Positions 32,890 to 40,912 of a stretch of DNA of 64,000 nt are shown here, piece after piece. Location of the stretch: positions 56,423 through 120,422 of the forward strand of contig WBUG01000001.1 of the NCBI GenBank assembly GCA_008933835.1. Reading direction: 5' to 3'. The position numbers and the translations under genes were made by a program. Below the pieces are notes generated by a model. It was given only the letters and a program-made list of their open reading frames with translations. It searched no databases and had not been told where the DNA came from. Positions within the stretch are counted from its first letter, which is position 1, and each line of letters opens with the position of its first letter. Origin of the DNA: Bacteroidota bacterium. GTDB taxonomy: Bacteria > Bacteroidota > Ignavibacteria > UBA10030 > UBA8401.

Positions 32890-33884
32890 CCTTCTGCACA
32901 TTGTTCGACAGGAACTACCTCGCCCGCGGTCTGGCGATGCACGAATCGCTGTTGCGGGTGAACGACACCGCCCGGCTCTTCGTCTTCGCGTTCGATGACC
33001 TCACCGCGGAGATCCTGGAGCGGATGGACCTCCCGAGGCTCATCGTGGTTCGGCAGCGGGAGTTCGAGAACGCCGGACTGCTCGCTGTCAAACCGACCCG
33101 AACGGCAGCGGAGTACTGCTGGACCGCGACCCCCGCCATCGTACTGCATGTGCTCGAACGGTACGGCGCGGACCATTGCACCTATATCGACGCCGACCTG
33201 TTCTTCTTTTCCGATCCGGCACCGTTGCTGCGTGAACTCGGTCCGTCGTCGGTCCTTCTTTCCCCGCACCGCTACACGCCTCGGTACGACCTGACGCGGC
33301 TCAGCGGACGCTACTGTGTCCAGTTCAATTCCTTCCGCAACACGCCGGAAGGATTGACCGCGCTCCGATGGTGGAACGAACGATGCCTGGAATGGTGCTA
33401 CGCCCGGGAAGAGGATGGGAAGTTCGGTGATCAGAAATATCTCGATGACTGGACCGTCCGGTTCCCCGGCGTCCATGAGCTGCGGCACCTCGGAGGAGGG
33501 GTCGCACCCTGGAACGTGCAGCAGTATTCGTTCTCGGAGGAGGGAGAGCGCATCCGGGGAAGGGAACGTCGCAGCGGTACGGAGTTCGATCTTGTCTTTT
33601 ATCATTTCCATTATCTGCGTTTCTACCGTTCCGGCCGGGTGGACCTCGGGGATTATCGACTCGACGGTCCCGTCCTCCGTGTACTGTATCGACGGTATCT
33701 GCAGAAGCTGGAATCGGCCGTGGAACGGCTCAGCGGACTGAAGCCTGGAGAGGATTGGTACGGACGCAGGGAAGAACCGGCGGGGTGGGAAGGGTGGAGC
33801 ACCATGGTGAAACGCCGGCTGAAAGGGCAGTACAATGTACTTTCCGCTTCCGCATATCGAGCGTTCACGGGGAGGGAACGATGA
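32883..33884 (+). CDS. Putative GT-A glycosyltransferase
   Basis: FCTLFDRNYLARG, YIDAD (DxD), GDQKYLDDW, APWN, FYHFH. Confidence 0.75.
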   Translation: MLTFCTLFDRNYLARGLAMHESLLRVNDTARLFVFAFDDLTAEILERMDLPRLIVVRQREFENAGLLAVKPTRTAAEYCWTATPAIVLHVLERYGADHCTYIDADLFFFSDPAPLLRELGPSSVLLSPHRYTPRYDLTRLSGRYCVQFNSFRNTPEGLTALRWWNERCLEWCYAREEDGKFGDQKYLDDWTVRFPGVHELRHLGGGVAPWNVQQYSFSEEGERIRGRERRSGTEFDLVFYHFHYLRFYRSGRVDLGDYRLDGPVLRVLYRRYLQKLESAVERLSGLKPGEDWYGRREEPAGWEGWSTMVKRRLKGQYNVLSASAYRAFTGRER

Positions 33885-34639
33885 ACGCCGCGCCGCTGGT
33901 CTCGGTCATCACGGTCTGCTTCAATGCGGCGGACACCATCCGCCGCACCGTGGTGTCGGTCGCTCAGCAGACCTATGCCCCGGTCGAATACATCGTGGTG
34001 GATGGCGGTTCGACCGACGGAACGCTCGACATCGTACGGCAGTACGCACCGCCGAAAACCCGCGTCATTTCCGGTCCGGATTGTGGCATCAGTGACGCGT
34101 TCAACAAGGGTGTGGCAGCAGCGAAGGGAGAGTACATCCAGTTCATCAACGCGGACGACGCGCTCGCACCGGACAAGGTGGAACGCTCCGTCGAACTGTT
34201 CCGGAAACGGCCCGATGCCGGTTTCGTGTTCGGCGATGTACTGAAAGAGCACCCCGACGGGACGGTCGAACGGGTGGCGGGAGACCCGCACTACCGCCGG
34301 CGCCTTCGGTATGTGATGACACGCGTCAATCATCCGACCATGATGGTCCCTCGTTCACTGTTCGGAGAGGTCGGCGGATTCGATACCGTCTGGAAGGTCG
34401 CCATGGATTATGATTGGCTGCTTCGACTGGAAGCCCGCTCCATTCACGGCGTGTATTCGCCCGAGATCATCGTCATCATGGGGGCGGGAGGAGTGTCGGA
34501 TGCACAGCGGTTCAAGGCGTTCCGTGAATGCCGCGACATCTCCATCCGTCACGGTCTGGCGCCGCTGTCGGCGTACGCATACCAGGGAGCGCGCATCATG
34601 AAACATCTCGTTCTGAGATCGTTCGGGAGGCGAACATGA
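33881..34639 (+). CDS. Glycosyltransferase family 2
   Basis: VSVITVCFN, VVDGGSTDGT, DAFNKG, FINADD, MDYDW. Confidence 0.9.
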   Translation: MNAAPLVSVITVCFNAADTIRRTVVSVAQQTYAPVEYIVVDGGSTDGTLDIVRQYAPPKTRVISGPDCGISDAFNKGVAAAKGEYIQFINADDALAPDKVERSVELFRKRPDAGFVFGDVLKEHPDGTVERVAGDPHYRRRLRYVMTRVNHPTMMVPRSLFGEVGGFDTVWKVAMDYDWLLRLEARSIHGVYSPEIIVIMGAGGVSDAQRFKAFRECRDISIRHGLAPLSAYAYQGARIMKHLVLRSFGRRT

Positions 34640-35214
34640 ACCTCGGCATCTTCGGCGGCACGTTCAATCCGCCGCATGTCGGTCACCTCATCACCGCCGA
34701 ACGGGTCGGTGATGCGCTGGGACTCGATTCCATCCTGTTCATCCCGTCGTTCATCTCTCCGCACAAGCAGGAAGGGGAGGAACGGACGGCGGAGCACCGT
34801 CTCGCCATGACGCGCCTGGCGGCGGCGGAAAACCCTCGGTTCGCCGTTTCCGACATCGAGATTCAGCGGCCGGAGCCGTCGTACACCATCGAGACGGTCC
34901 GTTCGCTGCGCCATGAGCGGCCGGAAGACCACCTCTTCCTCATCATTGGCATGGACAATTTTCTCACCTTTCACCTATGGAAGGAGCCCAAAGAACTGCT
35001 TCGGTCGGCGGCATTGGTCGTCATGAACCGGCCATTGTATCCGAAGCGGGTGAACGAGGTGCTCGGAACGGAGAACGTGCAATTCGTGGATGTTCCAGGC
35101 ATCGACGTATCCTCTTCAGAGATACGGCGGCGGGTACATCAGGGGGAGTCCATACGGTATCTCGTTCCGCAATCGGTCGAAGCATATATCCATCAGCACG
35201 CTCTCTATCGATGA
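34636..35214 (+). CDS. nadD: Nicotinate-nucleotide adenylyltransferase
   Basis: GIFGGTFNPPHVGH, SYTIET, IIGMD, VSSSEIR, YIHQHALY. Confidence 0.95.
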   Translation: MNLGIFGGTFNPPHVGHLITAERVGDALGLDSILFIPSFISPHKQEGEERTAEHRLAMTRLAAAENPRFAVSDIEIQRPEPSYTIETVRSLRHERPEDHLFLIIGMDNFLTFHLWKEPKELLRSAALVVMNRPLYPKRVNEVLGTENVQFVDVPGIDVSSSEIRRRVHQGESIRYLVPQSVEAYIHQHALYR

Positions 35215-35238
35215 GGATACGGTCGTGGTATGAAAGCG

Positions 35239-35266
35239 AAAAGCCCGGTGATGCCGGGCTTTTTTA
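35239..35266. terminator. Bidirectional terminator after nadD
   Basis: AAAAGCCCGG-tgatg-CCGGGCTTTTT. Confidence 0.75.
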
Positions 35267-35329
35267 CTTTCCAGGATTGCAATGACGGAATCGCCCCGGC
35301 GCCGGGACGAGGATAAGCGTTGAAAATGC

Positions 35330-35354
35330 AAAACCCCGGATCGTTCCGGGGCTT
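35330..35354 (-). terminator. Terminator downstream of tRNA-Phe
   Basis: On the minus strand, CCCCGGA-acga-TCCGGGG followed by TTTT, directly after the CCA end. Confidence 0.65.
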
Positions 35355-35357
35355 TGG

Positions 35358-35433
35358 TGGTGGACAGGGCCAGAATCGAACTGGCGACACACGGCTTTTC
35401 AGGCCGTTGCTCTACCAACTGAGCTACCTGTCC
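35358..35433 (-). tRNA. tRNA-Phe(GAA)
   Basis: GGACAGGTAGCTCAGTTGGTAGAGCAACGGCCTGAAAAGCCGTGTGTCGCCAGTTCGATTCTGGCCCTGTCCACCA forms a full cloverleaf with anticodon GAA and encoded CCA. Confidence 0.97.
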
Positions 35434-35442
35434 GAAAATTTC

Positions 35443-35660
35443 CAAACTTAGCGCCTGAGTTTTCCTAAAAGCTAAGTTTGTGAAATTTTCAGGATCCCGA
35501 TGATGTTCATCGGGATCCGAAAATCTTTCGACGGATTTCAAACTTAGCGCCTGAGTTTTCCTAAAAGCTAAGTTTGTGAAATTTTCAGGATCCCGATGAT
35601 GTTCATCGGGATCCGAAAATCTTTCGACGGAATCAAAACGTAGCGACCGAGTTTTTCTGG
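35443..35660. repeat. Tandem 96-bp-period repeat of a double-hairpin unit (two identical 93-nt copies plus one degenerate partial copy)
   Basis: 35443-35535 is identical to 35539-35631. Each copy has CAAACTTAGC..GCTAAGTTTG and GGATCCCGATGA-tgt-TCATCGGGATCC. A degenerate start follows at about 35634. Confidence 0.9.
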
Positions 35661-35700
35661 GTGATACGTTCGAAGAATTCTCTTTTCCGATTGAAACTTG

Positions 35701-35728
35701 ACGGTCCCGCTATCGCTAGCGGGACCGT
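35701..35728. repeat. Isolated 12-bp-stem palindrome downstream of hppA
   Basis: ACGGTCCCGCTA-tcgc-TAGCGGGACCGT. Confidence 0.6.
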
Positions 35729-35786
35729 TCCAAAGCACACATCAATATACGGAAAAAATCGATTCTCCCAAAAGAAAAAATACGGC

Positions 35787-37946
35787 TCAGATGAAAAGCG
35801 GCGCCATCACCAGCGTGATGGTGGACAGCAGCTTGATGAGCACGTGCAGCGACGGGCCGGCGGTGTCCTTGAACGGATCGCCGACGGTGTCTCCCACCAC
35901 GGTGGCCTTGTGCCATTCGGTCCCCTTCTTGCTCTCCACCTCCACATACTTCTTCGCATTGTCCCACGCGCCGCCGCCGTTGTTGAGGAAGAGCGCCACC
36001 AGGATCCCGGTGATGGTACCGACCATCAACAGGCCGCCGACCACCTCGGCGCCGCTCGCGCCATGCGCAGGGCTGCCGGTGGCGATGTAGAGCCACTTGA
36101 AGAGGATGCCGACCACGATGGGCATGAGCACCACGAGCAGGCCCGGCAGCACCATTTCGCGCAGCGCCGCCCGCGTCACGATGTCGACGCACTGGCCGTA
36201 GTCGGGCTTCGAGGTCCCCAGCATGATCCCGGGGTTGTTCTTGAACTGCTCCCGGACGTTGTTGATGACCGCGTACGCGGCGCGTCCCACCGCCTTGATG
36301 GCGAGGGAGGAGAAGAGGAACACGAGCATCGCGCCGAGCAGCGAGCCGACGAACACCGCTGGTTTGGACAGGTCGATGTGGGTCAGGTTGAAACCGTAGT
36401 TCCGCACTTCGTCGAAGTAGGCCGAGAAGAGCAGGAATGCGGCCAAAGCGGCGGAACCGACAGCGTAGCCCTTTGTGAGCGCCTTGGTGGTGTTGCCGAC
36501 GGCGTCCAGACGGTCGGTCTTCCGGCGGATCTCTTCAGGCTGGTGCGACATCTCGACGATGCCGCCGGCGTTGTCCGTGATGGGACCGAAGGTGTCCATT
36601 GCCAGGATGTACGCAGCGGTGCCGAGCATACCCATGGTGGCCACGGCAGTGCCGAACAGTCCCGCATGCTGCAGGCCGGACGATTCGCCGAGGAAGTACG
36701 CCGAGATGAGCGCGGCGGAGATGACGAGCACCGGATATCCGGTGGACTCCATGCCGACCGCGATGCCCGCGATGATGTTCGTCGCCGGGCCGGTCTTGGA
36801 CTGTTCGGCGATGGACTGTACCGGGCGGTACTTGTACTCGGTGTAGTACTGCGTCAGGAAGACGAACGCGAGCGAGGTGAGAACACCGATGACTCCGGCG
36901 ATGAAGAAGTTGAAGTAGTACTGTTCACCGAGCAGCCAGCGCGACGCGATGAAGAATCCGACCATCGCCAGCGCTGCGGTGATGTAGAACCCGCGGTTGA
37001 GGGCGTTCATCGGGTCCTCTTTGTCGTCCGTCTTCACCATCATGATGCCGATGACCGACGCGATGATGCCGAAGGCGCGGGCGACGAGCGGGAAGAGCAG
37101 CACGCCGATGAGCGGCAGTCCGGCGGACTCGAACGTCGCCGCGTTGGCGCTGTAGAGTCCGGCGGCGAGGATCATGGCGCCGATGTTCTCGGCGGCGGTG
37201 GATTCGAAGAGGTCAGCGCCGCGGCCGGCGCAGTCGCCCACGTTATCGCCCACCAGGTCCGCGATCACCGCGGGATTGCGCGGATCGTCCTCGGGGATCC
37301 CCGCTTCCACTTTCCCCACCAGGTCGGCGCCCACATCGGCCGCCTTCGTATAGATGCCGCCGCCGAGCTGCGCGAACAGCGCGACGAACGATGCGCCGAA
37401 ACCGTAGCCGACGATGAGCAGGGGGATCTTCGCGGGATCGGGGACGATGCCCATCCAGTCCACGATGGCGAAGAGACCGGCGACGCCGAGCAGGCTCATC
37501 GCCACGACGAAGAAGCCCGAGACCGCTCCGCCGCGAAGTGCCGTCTGCAGCGCGCCGTTCATTCCCACCGTCGCCGCGGCGGCGGTGCGGATGTTGGTGC
37601 GGATGGAGGTCCACATGCCCATGTAACCGGCCGCGACGGAGCAGAGCGCACCGAGCACGAACGATACGGTGGTCCACAGCGCGAGCATGGACGGGGTCGC
37701 CGGATCGTGCTCGTTCGGGGTGCGGACGAACGCGTAGAGGATATAGATGAGGGCGGCCAATGCGATGGAAAGATAGATGATCGTCTTGTTCTGACGGCTC
37801 AGGAAGGCTTCCGCTCCCGCCTTGATGGCGTCCGAGATCTCCCGCATGGCAGGTGTGCCGGTGTCGCGGCGCATCACGTCACGGATAAGATAGAGCGCGA
37901 AGAGCAGTCCGAAGATGGAGATGGCAAGGATCAAAAAGAGTTCCAT
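35787..37946 (-). CDS. hppA: Membrane-bound H+-translocating pyrophosphatase, K+-independent type
   Basis: GGGIYTKAADVGADLVGKVE, EDDPRNP, DNVGD, GDTVGDPFKD. GNTTKA carries Lys at the K+-dependence determinant. Confidence 0.93.
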   Translation of the reverse strand: MELFLILAISIFGLLFALYLIRDVMRRDTGTPAMREISDAIKAGAEAFLSRQNKTIIYLSIALAALIYILYAFVRTPNEHDPATPSMLALWTTVSFVLGALCSVAAGYMGMWTSIRTNIRTAAAATVGMNGALQTALRGGAVSGFFVVAMSLLGVAGLFAIVDWMGIVPDPAKIPLLIVGYGFGASFVALFAQLGGGIYTKAADVGADLVGKVEAGIPEDDPRNPAVIADLVGDNVGDCAGRGADLFESTAAENIGAMILAAGLYSANAATFESAGLPLIGVLLFPLVARAFGIIASVIGIMMVKTDDKEDPMNALNRGFYITAALAMVGFFIASRWLLGEQYYFNFFIAGVIGVLTSLAFVFLTQYYTEYKYRPVQSIAEQSKTGPATNIIAGIAVGMESTGYPVLVISAALISAYFLGESSGLQHAGLFGTAVATMGMLGTAAYILAMDTFGPITDNAGGIVEMSHQPEEIRRKTDRLDAVGNTTKALTKGYAVGSAALAAFLLFSAYFDEVRNYGFNLTHIDLSKPAVFVGSLLGAMLVFLFSSLAIKAVGRAAYAVINNVREQFKNNPGIMLGTSKPDYGQCVDIVTRAALREMVLPGLLVVLMPIVVGILFKWLYIATGSPAHGASGAEVVGGLLMVGTITGILVALFLNNGGGAWDNAKKYVEVESKKGTEWHKATVVGDTVGDPFKDTAGPSLHVLIKLLSTITLVMAPLFI

Positions 37947-38048
37947 ACGTTCCGGCGTGTCCTTTCTGTGATGACGGTGGATGATGGGCGGTCACCGTAA
38001 TAAAAAGCCCCGAAATGGTCGGGGCCGGTGACTCAACGATAGTGGCTC

Positions 38049-38077
38049 AATTTATGAAAGTGGATGCGGATTTCCAA
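38049..38077 (-). promoter_or_regulatory. Promoter candidate for hppA
   Basis: TTGGAA-N17-TAAATT on the minus strand. Confidence 0.5.
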
Positions 38078-38174
38078 GAGACCGAGCGAATTTCTTCCCT
38101 TTTCCTGAAAAGCCCTTTCACACACTCTTTATTCCGTAGTTGGGAGAGCCCCGGACATGGATGACGCTGTCCGC

Positions 38175-39323
38175 TCAGTTGCGATGCCATCGGATGCTCA
38201 TGATGAGCGCGATGGAAGCGAACAAAGCGGAAAGAAGGAAGGGCAGCGATGGGGCGACTTCGAACAAGCGGCCGGCCACGAGCGGTCCGAGCACCATCGC
38301 CACGGTCATTATAGAGACGTTCGTGCCGATGATCTCCCCCTTCAACTCCCGAGGAACGGCGTTCACCGCTTTGTTCGTCGTTACGACACGGAGGATGGCC
38401 TGACTCGTGCCCAGCAAGGGGAGCGCCAGGAGAAAAAGTACCACGTGCCCCGAAGCAGCGATCAGAGTTCCGGTGACGGTGAAAACGAGCATAATGCGTT
38501 CCACTTCATTCGCGGTGAACCGGTGCATCCATACTTTATTGAGAAGGTAGACCTGATTCACGAGAATCGTCAACCCCATGATCGTGAAGAGTAGACTTGT
38601 CGAAAACGAACCAAATCCGAAGACATTTTGCGTGAAAAGGGCGAACACTGTCTGGATAGTGACGAACGAAAGGGCGAACAAAAACCAGATCAAAAAAAGG
38701 GAACGTAGCTGCGGGAGGTTGATGGCTCGAATGATCGGCAAAAATGGGTTGAATCGCATCGCACCGGTATTTCTATGAAAATTTGATTCCTTTAATAGAA
38801 AAAGTGCCGAAATACCATTAAGCAGTGCCATGCTCCCGGCTACATAGAACGGAAATGCATGCGTAACTGTGCTCAAAATCCCGCCAAAAAGAGGACCAAG
38901 AATGAATCCAATTCCGAACGTTGCACCGATTAAACCAAGGTTTTTAATCCGGTCCTTCTCATCGTGAGAAATGTCGACGAGAAAGCTCTGAGCAGTCGAG
39001 AAATTTCCGGCAGCCAATCCATCGATGATTCGTCCTAAAAACAGCATTGGGATGGAAGCGGCACTGGCGAACACGAACCATCCTGCCGAAGTAGAAAAAA
39101 TACTTAATAAAATGACAGGTTTTCTACCGATTCGGTCAGATAGTGACCCGAGAATCGGACTGCTTAAAAATGCGCAAAAAGAATAGATCGAAAAAAGGAT
39201 GGTGATTACAGAAGGGGAGGCGCCGAATTCATTAAGATAGAAAGGGAGGATCGGAATCACAATACCGAATCCCAGGACATCGACAAAAACCGTAGCCAAA
39301 ATGATGATTTTTTGTGATTTCAT
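38175..39323 (-). CDS. MFS transporter (TetA/DHA1-like)
   Basis: DVLGFGIVIPILP, motif A GSLSDRIGRKP, GRIIDG, and motif C GFILGPLFGG. Start moved to MKSQK at 39323. Confidence 0.9.
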   Translation of the reverse strand: MKSQKIIILATVFVDVLGFGIVIPILPFYLNEFGASPSVITILFSIYSFCAFLSSPILGSLSDRIGRKPVILLSIFSTSAGWFVFASAASIPMLFLGRIIDGLAAGNFSTAQSFLVDISHDEKDRIKNLGLIGATFGIGFILGPLFGGILSTVTHAFPFYVAGSMALLNGISALFLLKESNFHRNTGAMRFNPFLPIIRAINLPQLRSLFLIWFLFALSFVTIQTVFALFTQNVFGFGSFSTSLLFTIMGLTILVNQVYLLNKVWMHRFTANEVERIMLVFTVTGTLIAASGHVVLFLLALPLLGTSQAILRVVTTNKAVNAVPRELKGEIIGTNVSIMTVAMVLGPLVAGRLFEVAPSLPFLLSALFASIALIMSIRWHRN

Positions 39324-39766
39324 TCCAGAAAGTAGGTAAAAAATGAATGATGTCAAAGGTATCTTTTTTGAACACTCTTCAGAATGGTTGATTTTGTGAA
39401 TAATTGGAAGGTATTGTTCATTTTTTAATAAATCTAACCATTGATTTTCGATGTGTATGAAGAAGTTAACCTTTTTCGGACATAAGGACATGTGAGGACT
39501 ACGCTAGCGTTGATCATATTAGTTTGGATACAACTAATACTGAAAACGGCGATCTCAAAATAGTGTAACCCATGATATTATTGATGTAAGCGATATCTCA
39601 ACTTTAATTATTTTTCACATTTTTCAAATGGTGTGTTAACCGTGTCACATCATGGTGGCATCAAGGATTATTATTACAAAGTAACCTATGTTTGAGAATT
39701 ATTAACGTGTTTCTACTTCTTAAGATTTCTTTAATTAAGTTCTTAAAACGTTCTAATAACTAATCC

Positions 39767-39799
39767 TTTGCATAGAAATGCCAATAAATCGTAACTTTG
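39767..39799 (+). promoter_or_regulatory. Promoter candidate for the regulator/DUF11 cluster
   Basis: TTTG-N21-TAACTTTG matches the Bacteroidota -33/-7 form (TTTG...TAnnTTTG); it can also be read as TTGCAT-N18-TAACTT. Confidence 0.5.
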
Positions 39800-39854
39800 A
39801 ACAAGCAAAAGGGAAAACCGCTCATTCGGTTTAGATGGAAGAAAGGAAGACGTC

Positions 39855-40766
39855 ATGGGAGAAGTTCTCTTCAACACAAATGAAGTCGCCAACATGCTGC
39901 AGGTCGACAAGTCGACCGTGAAGCGTTGGACCGATGAAGGGAAGTTGAAGTGCTTCCGGACTCCGGGAGGTCACCGGAAGTTCCGTGCGGACGACGTGTA
40001 CAGTTTCATGTCGAGCTTCAACTACGGCGTGTCCACGCTGCAGGTACTTCCGCAGCTCGCGAGCGATGAGGTCATCATCAAGCGCATCGTGCAGAACAAA
40101 GAGTTCAGCGTGCTGAGTTCGGTCTGCTTCAACGCCGCCATCAAAGGGAAGAAGGACGAGATCCTCACACTCTTCATCGAAACGTACCGCGCCGGCATGT
40201 CCGTCGCCGCCGCGTTCGATCACATCCTGCGTCCCTCGCTGAAGAAGATCAACGACATGCACGCGTCCAACAAGATCTCGTTCACGGAGTACCAGCTGGC
40301 GCACAACGCGCTCTCGTCCGCCGTGGTGCAGCTGCAGGACAGCGTGCAGCGTTCCGCGAAGAACAACCGCGTCATCGTCTGTGCGTCGCTCGAGCAGGAG
40401 CGGAACGATGTGGAGAGCAAGGCGCTCGTGACGCTGTTCGAGATCGACGGGTTCACGGTGCTCAACCTCGGTACCGGCGTCAGCGCCGATGCGGTGAATC
40501 ATCTGGTGTTCCGCACGAAGCCCTTCGCCGTCTGTCTGTATTCCTGCGCACCGGCGGACACGGAGAAGTTCGTGGCGGAAGTGGAGAAGGTGCTGCATGC
40601 GACGAAGGATACGATGACGCGGCTGGTGGTGGGCGGTAAGGCGTTCGAAGCGGAGGCGGTCCGCGAGAACTTCGTCGGGATCCGCATCTGCCCGTCGTTC
40701 CAGGAGTTCGCGCTCGTCCGATACCACGAGAGCGCCGAAGAAGTGAGACAGTACGACAATCAGTGA
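39855..40766 (+). CDS. Excisionase/MerR-type HTH regulator with degenerate cobalamin-binding-like domains (CarH-like architecture)
   Basis: NTNEVANMLQVDKSTVKRWTDEGKLKCFRTPGGHRKF HTH; helical bundle FDHILRPSL..ISFTEYQLA; Rossmann-type LFEIDGFTVLNLG..LVVGG. Confidence 0.75.
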   Translation: MGEVLFNTNEVANMLQVDKSTVKRWTDEGKLKCFRTPGGHRKFRADDVYSFMSSFNYGVSTLQVLPQLASDEVIIKRIVQNKEFSVLSSVCFNAAIKGKKDEILTLFIETYRAGMSVAAAFDHILRPSLKKINDMHASNKISFTEYQLAHNALSSAVVQLQDSVQRSAKNNRVIVCASLEQERNDVESKALVTLFEIDGFTVLNLGTGVSADAVNHLVFRTKPFAVCLYSCAPADTEKFVAEVEKVLHATKDTMTRLVVGGKAFEAEAVRENFVGIRICPSFQEFALVRYHESAEEVRQYDNQ

Positions 40767-40912
40767 AACTATCAAGCAACGATGACAACGAACACACAAC
40801 ACAAAGGAGACAGCAGCATGGAACCGAAACCGCCGTAACGTCGCTCGCACCGGACGTCCAAGTTTGTAACACACAACGAACCATTCACCTCACACACAAA
40901 GGAGCAACAACA

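Noticed and set aside
31780-34639. Glycosyltransferases as the enzymes modifying the DUF11 fibre
   Set aside because: They lie in a separate operon more than 5 kb away, and nothing in the sequence links them to the cluster.
35443-35631. Possible CRISPR array or prophage att site next to the tRNA
   Set aside because: The units are identical with no unique spacers, there is no cas or integrase gene, and the repeat lies at the tRNA 5' side without duplicating its 3' end.
39324-39491. N-terminal extension of the MFS ORF (and the track's extended starts for comM, der, rel, mtgA, mtaB, trpC, trpB, nadD, A and D)
   Set aside because: The extensions are non-homologous or overlap upstream genes; downstream starts fit the family N-termini and RBS or overlap patterns.
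39855-40010. Excisionase suggesting a mobile element
   Set aside because: The HTH is fused to a sensor-like domain, and there is no integrase, att site or transfer gene; it is better read as a transcription factor.
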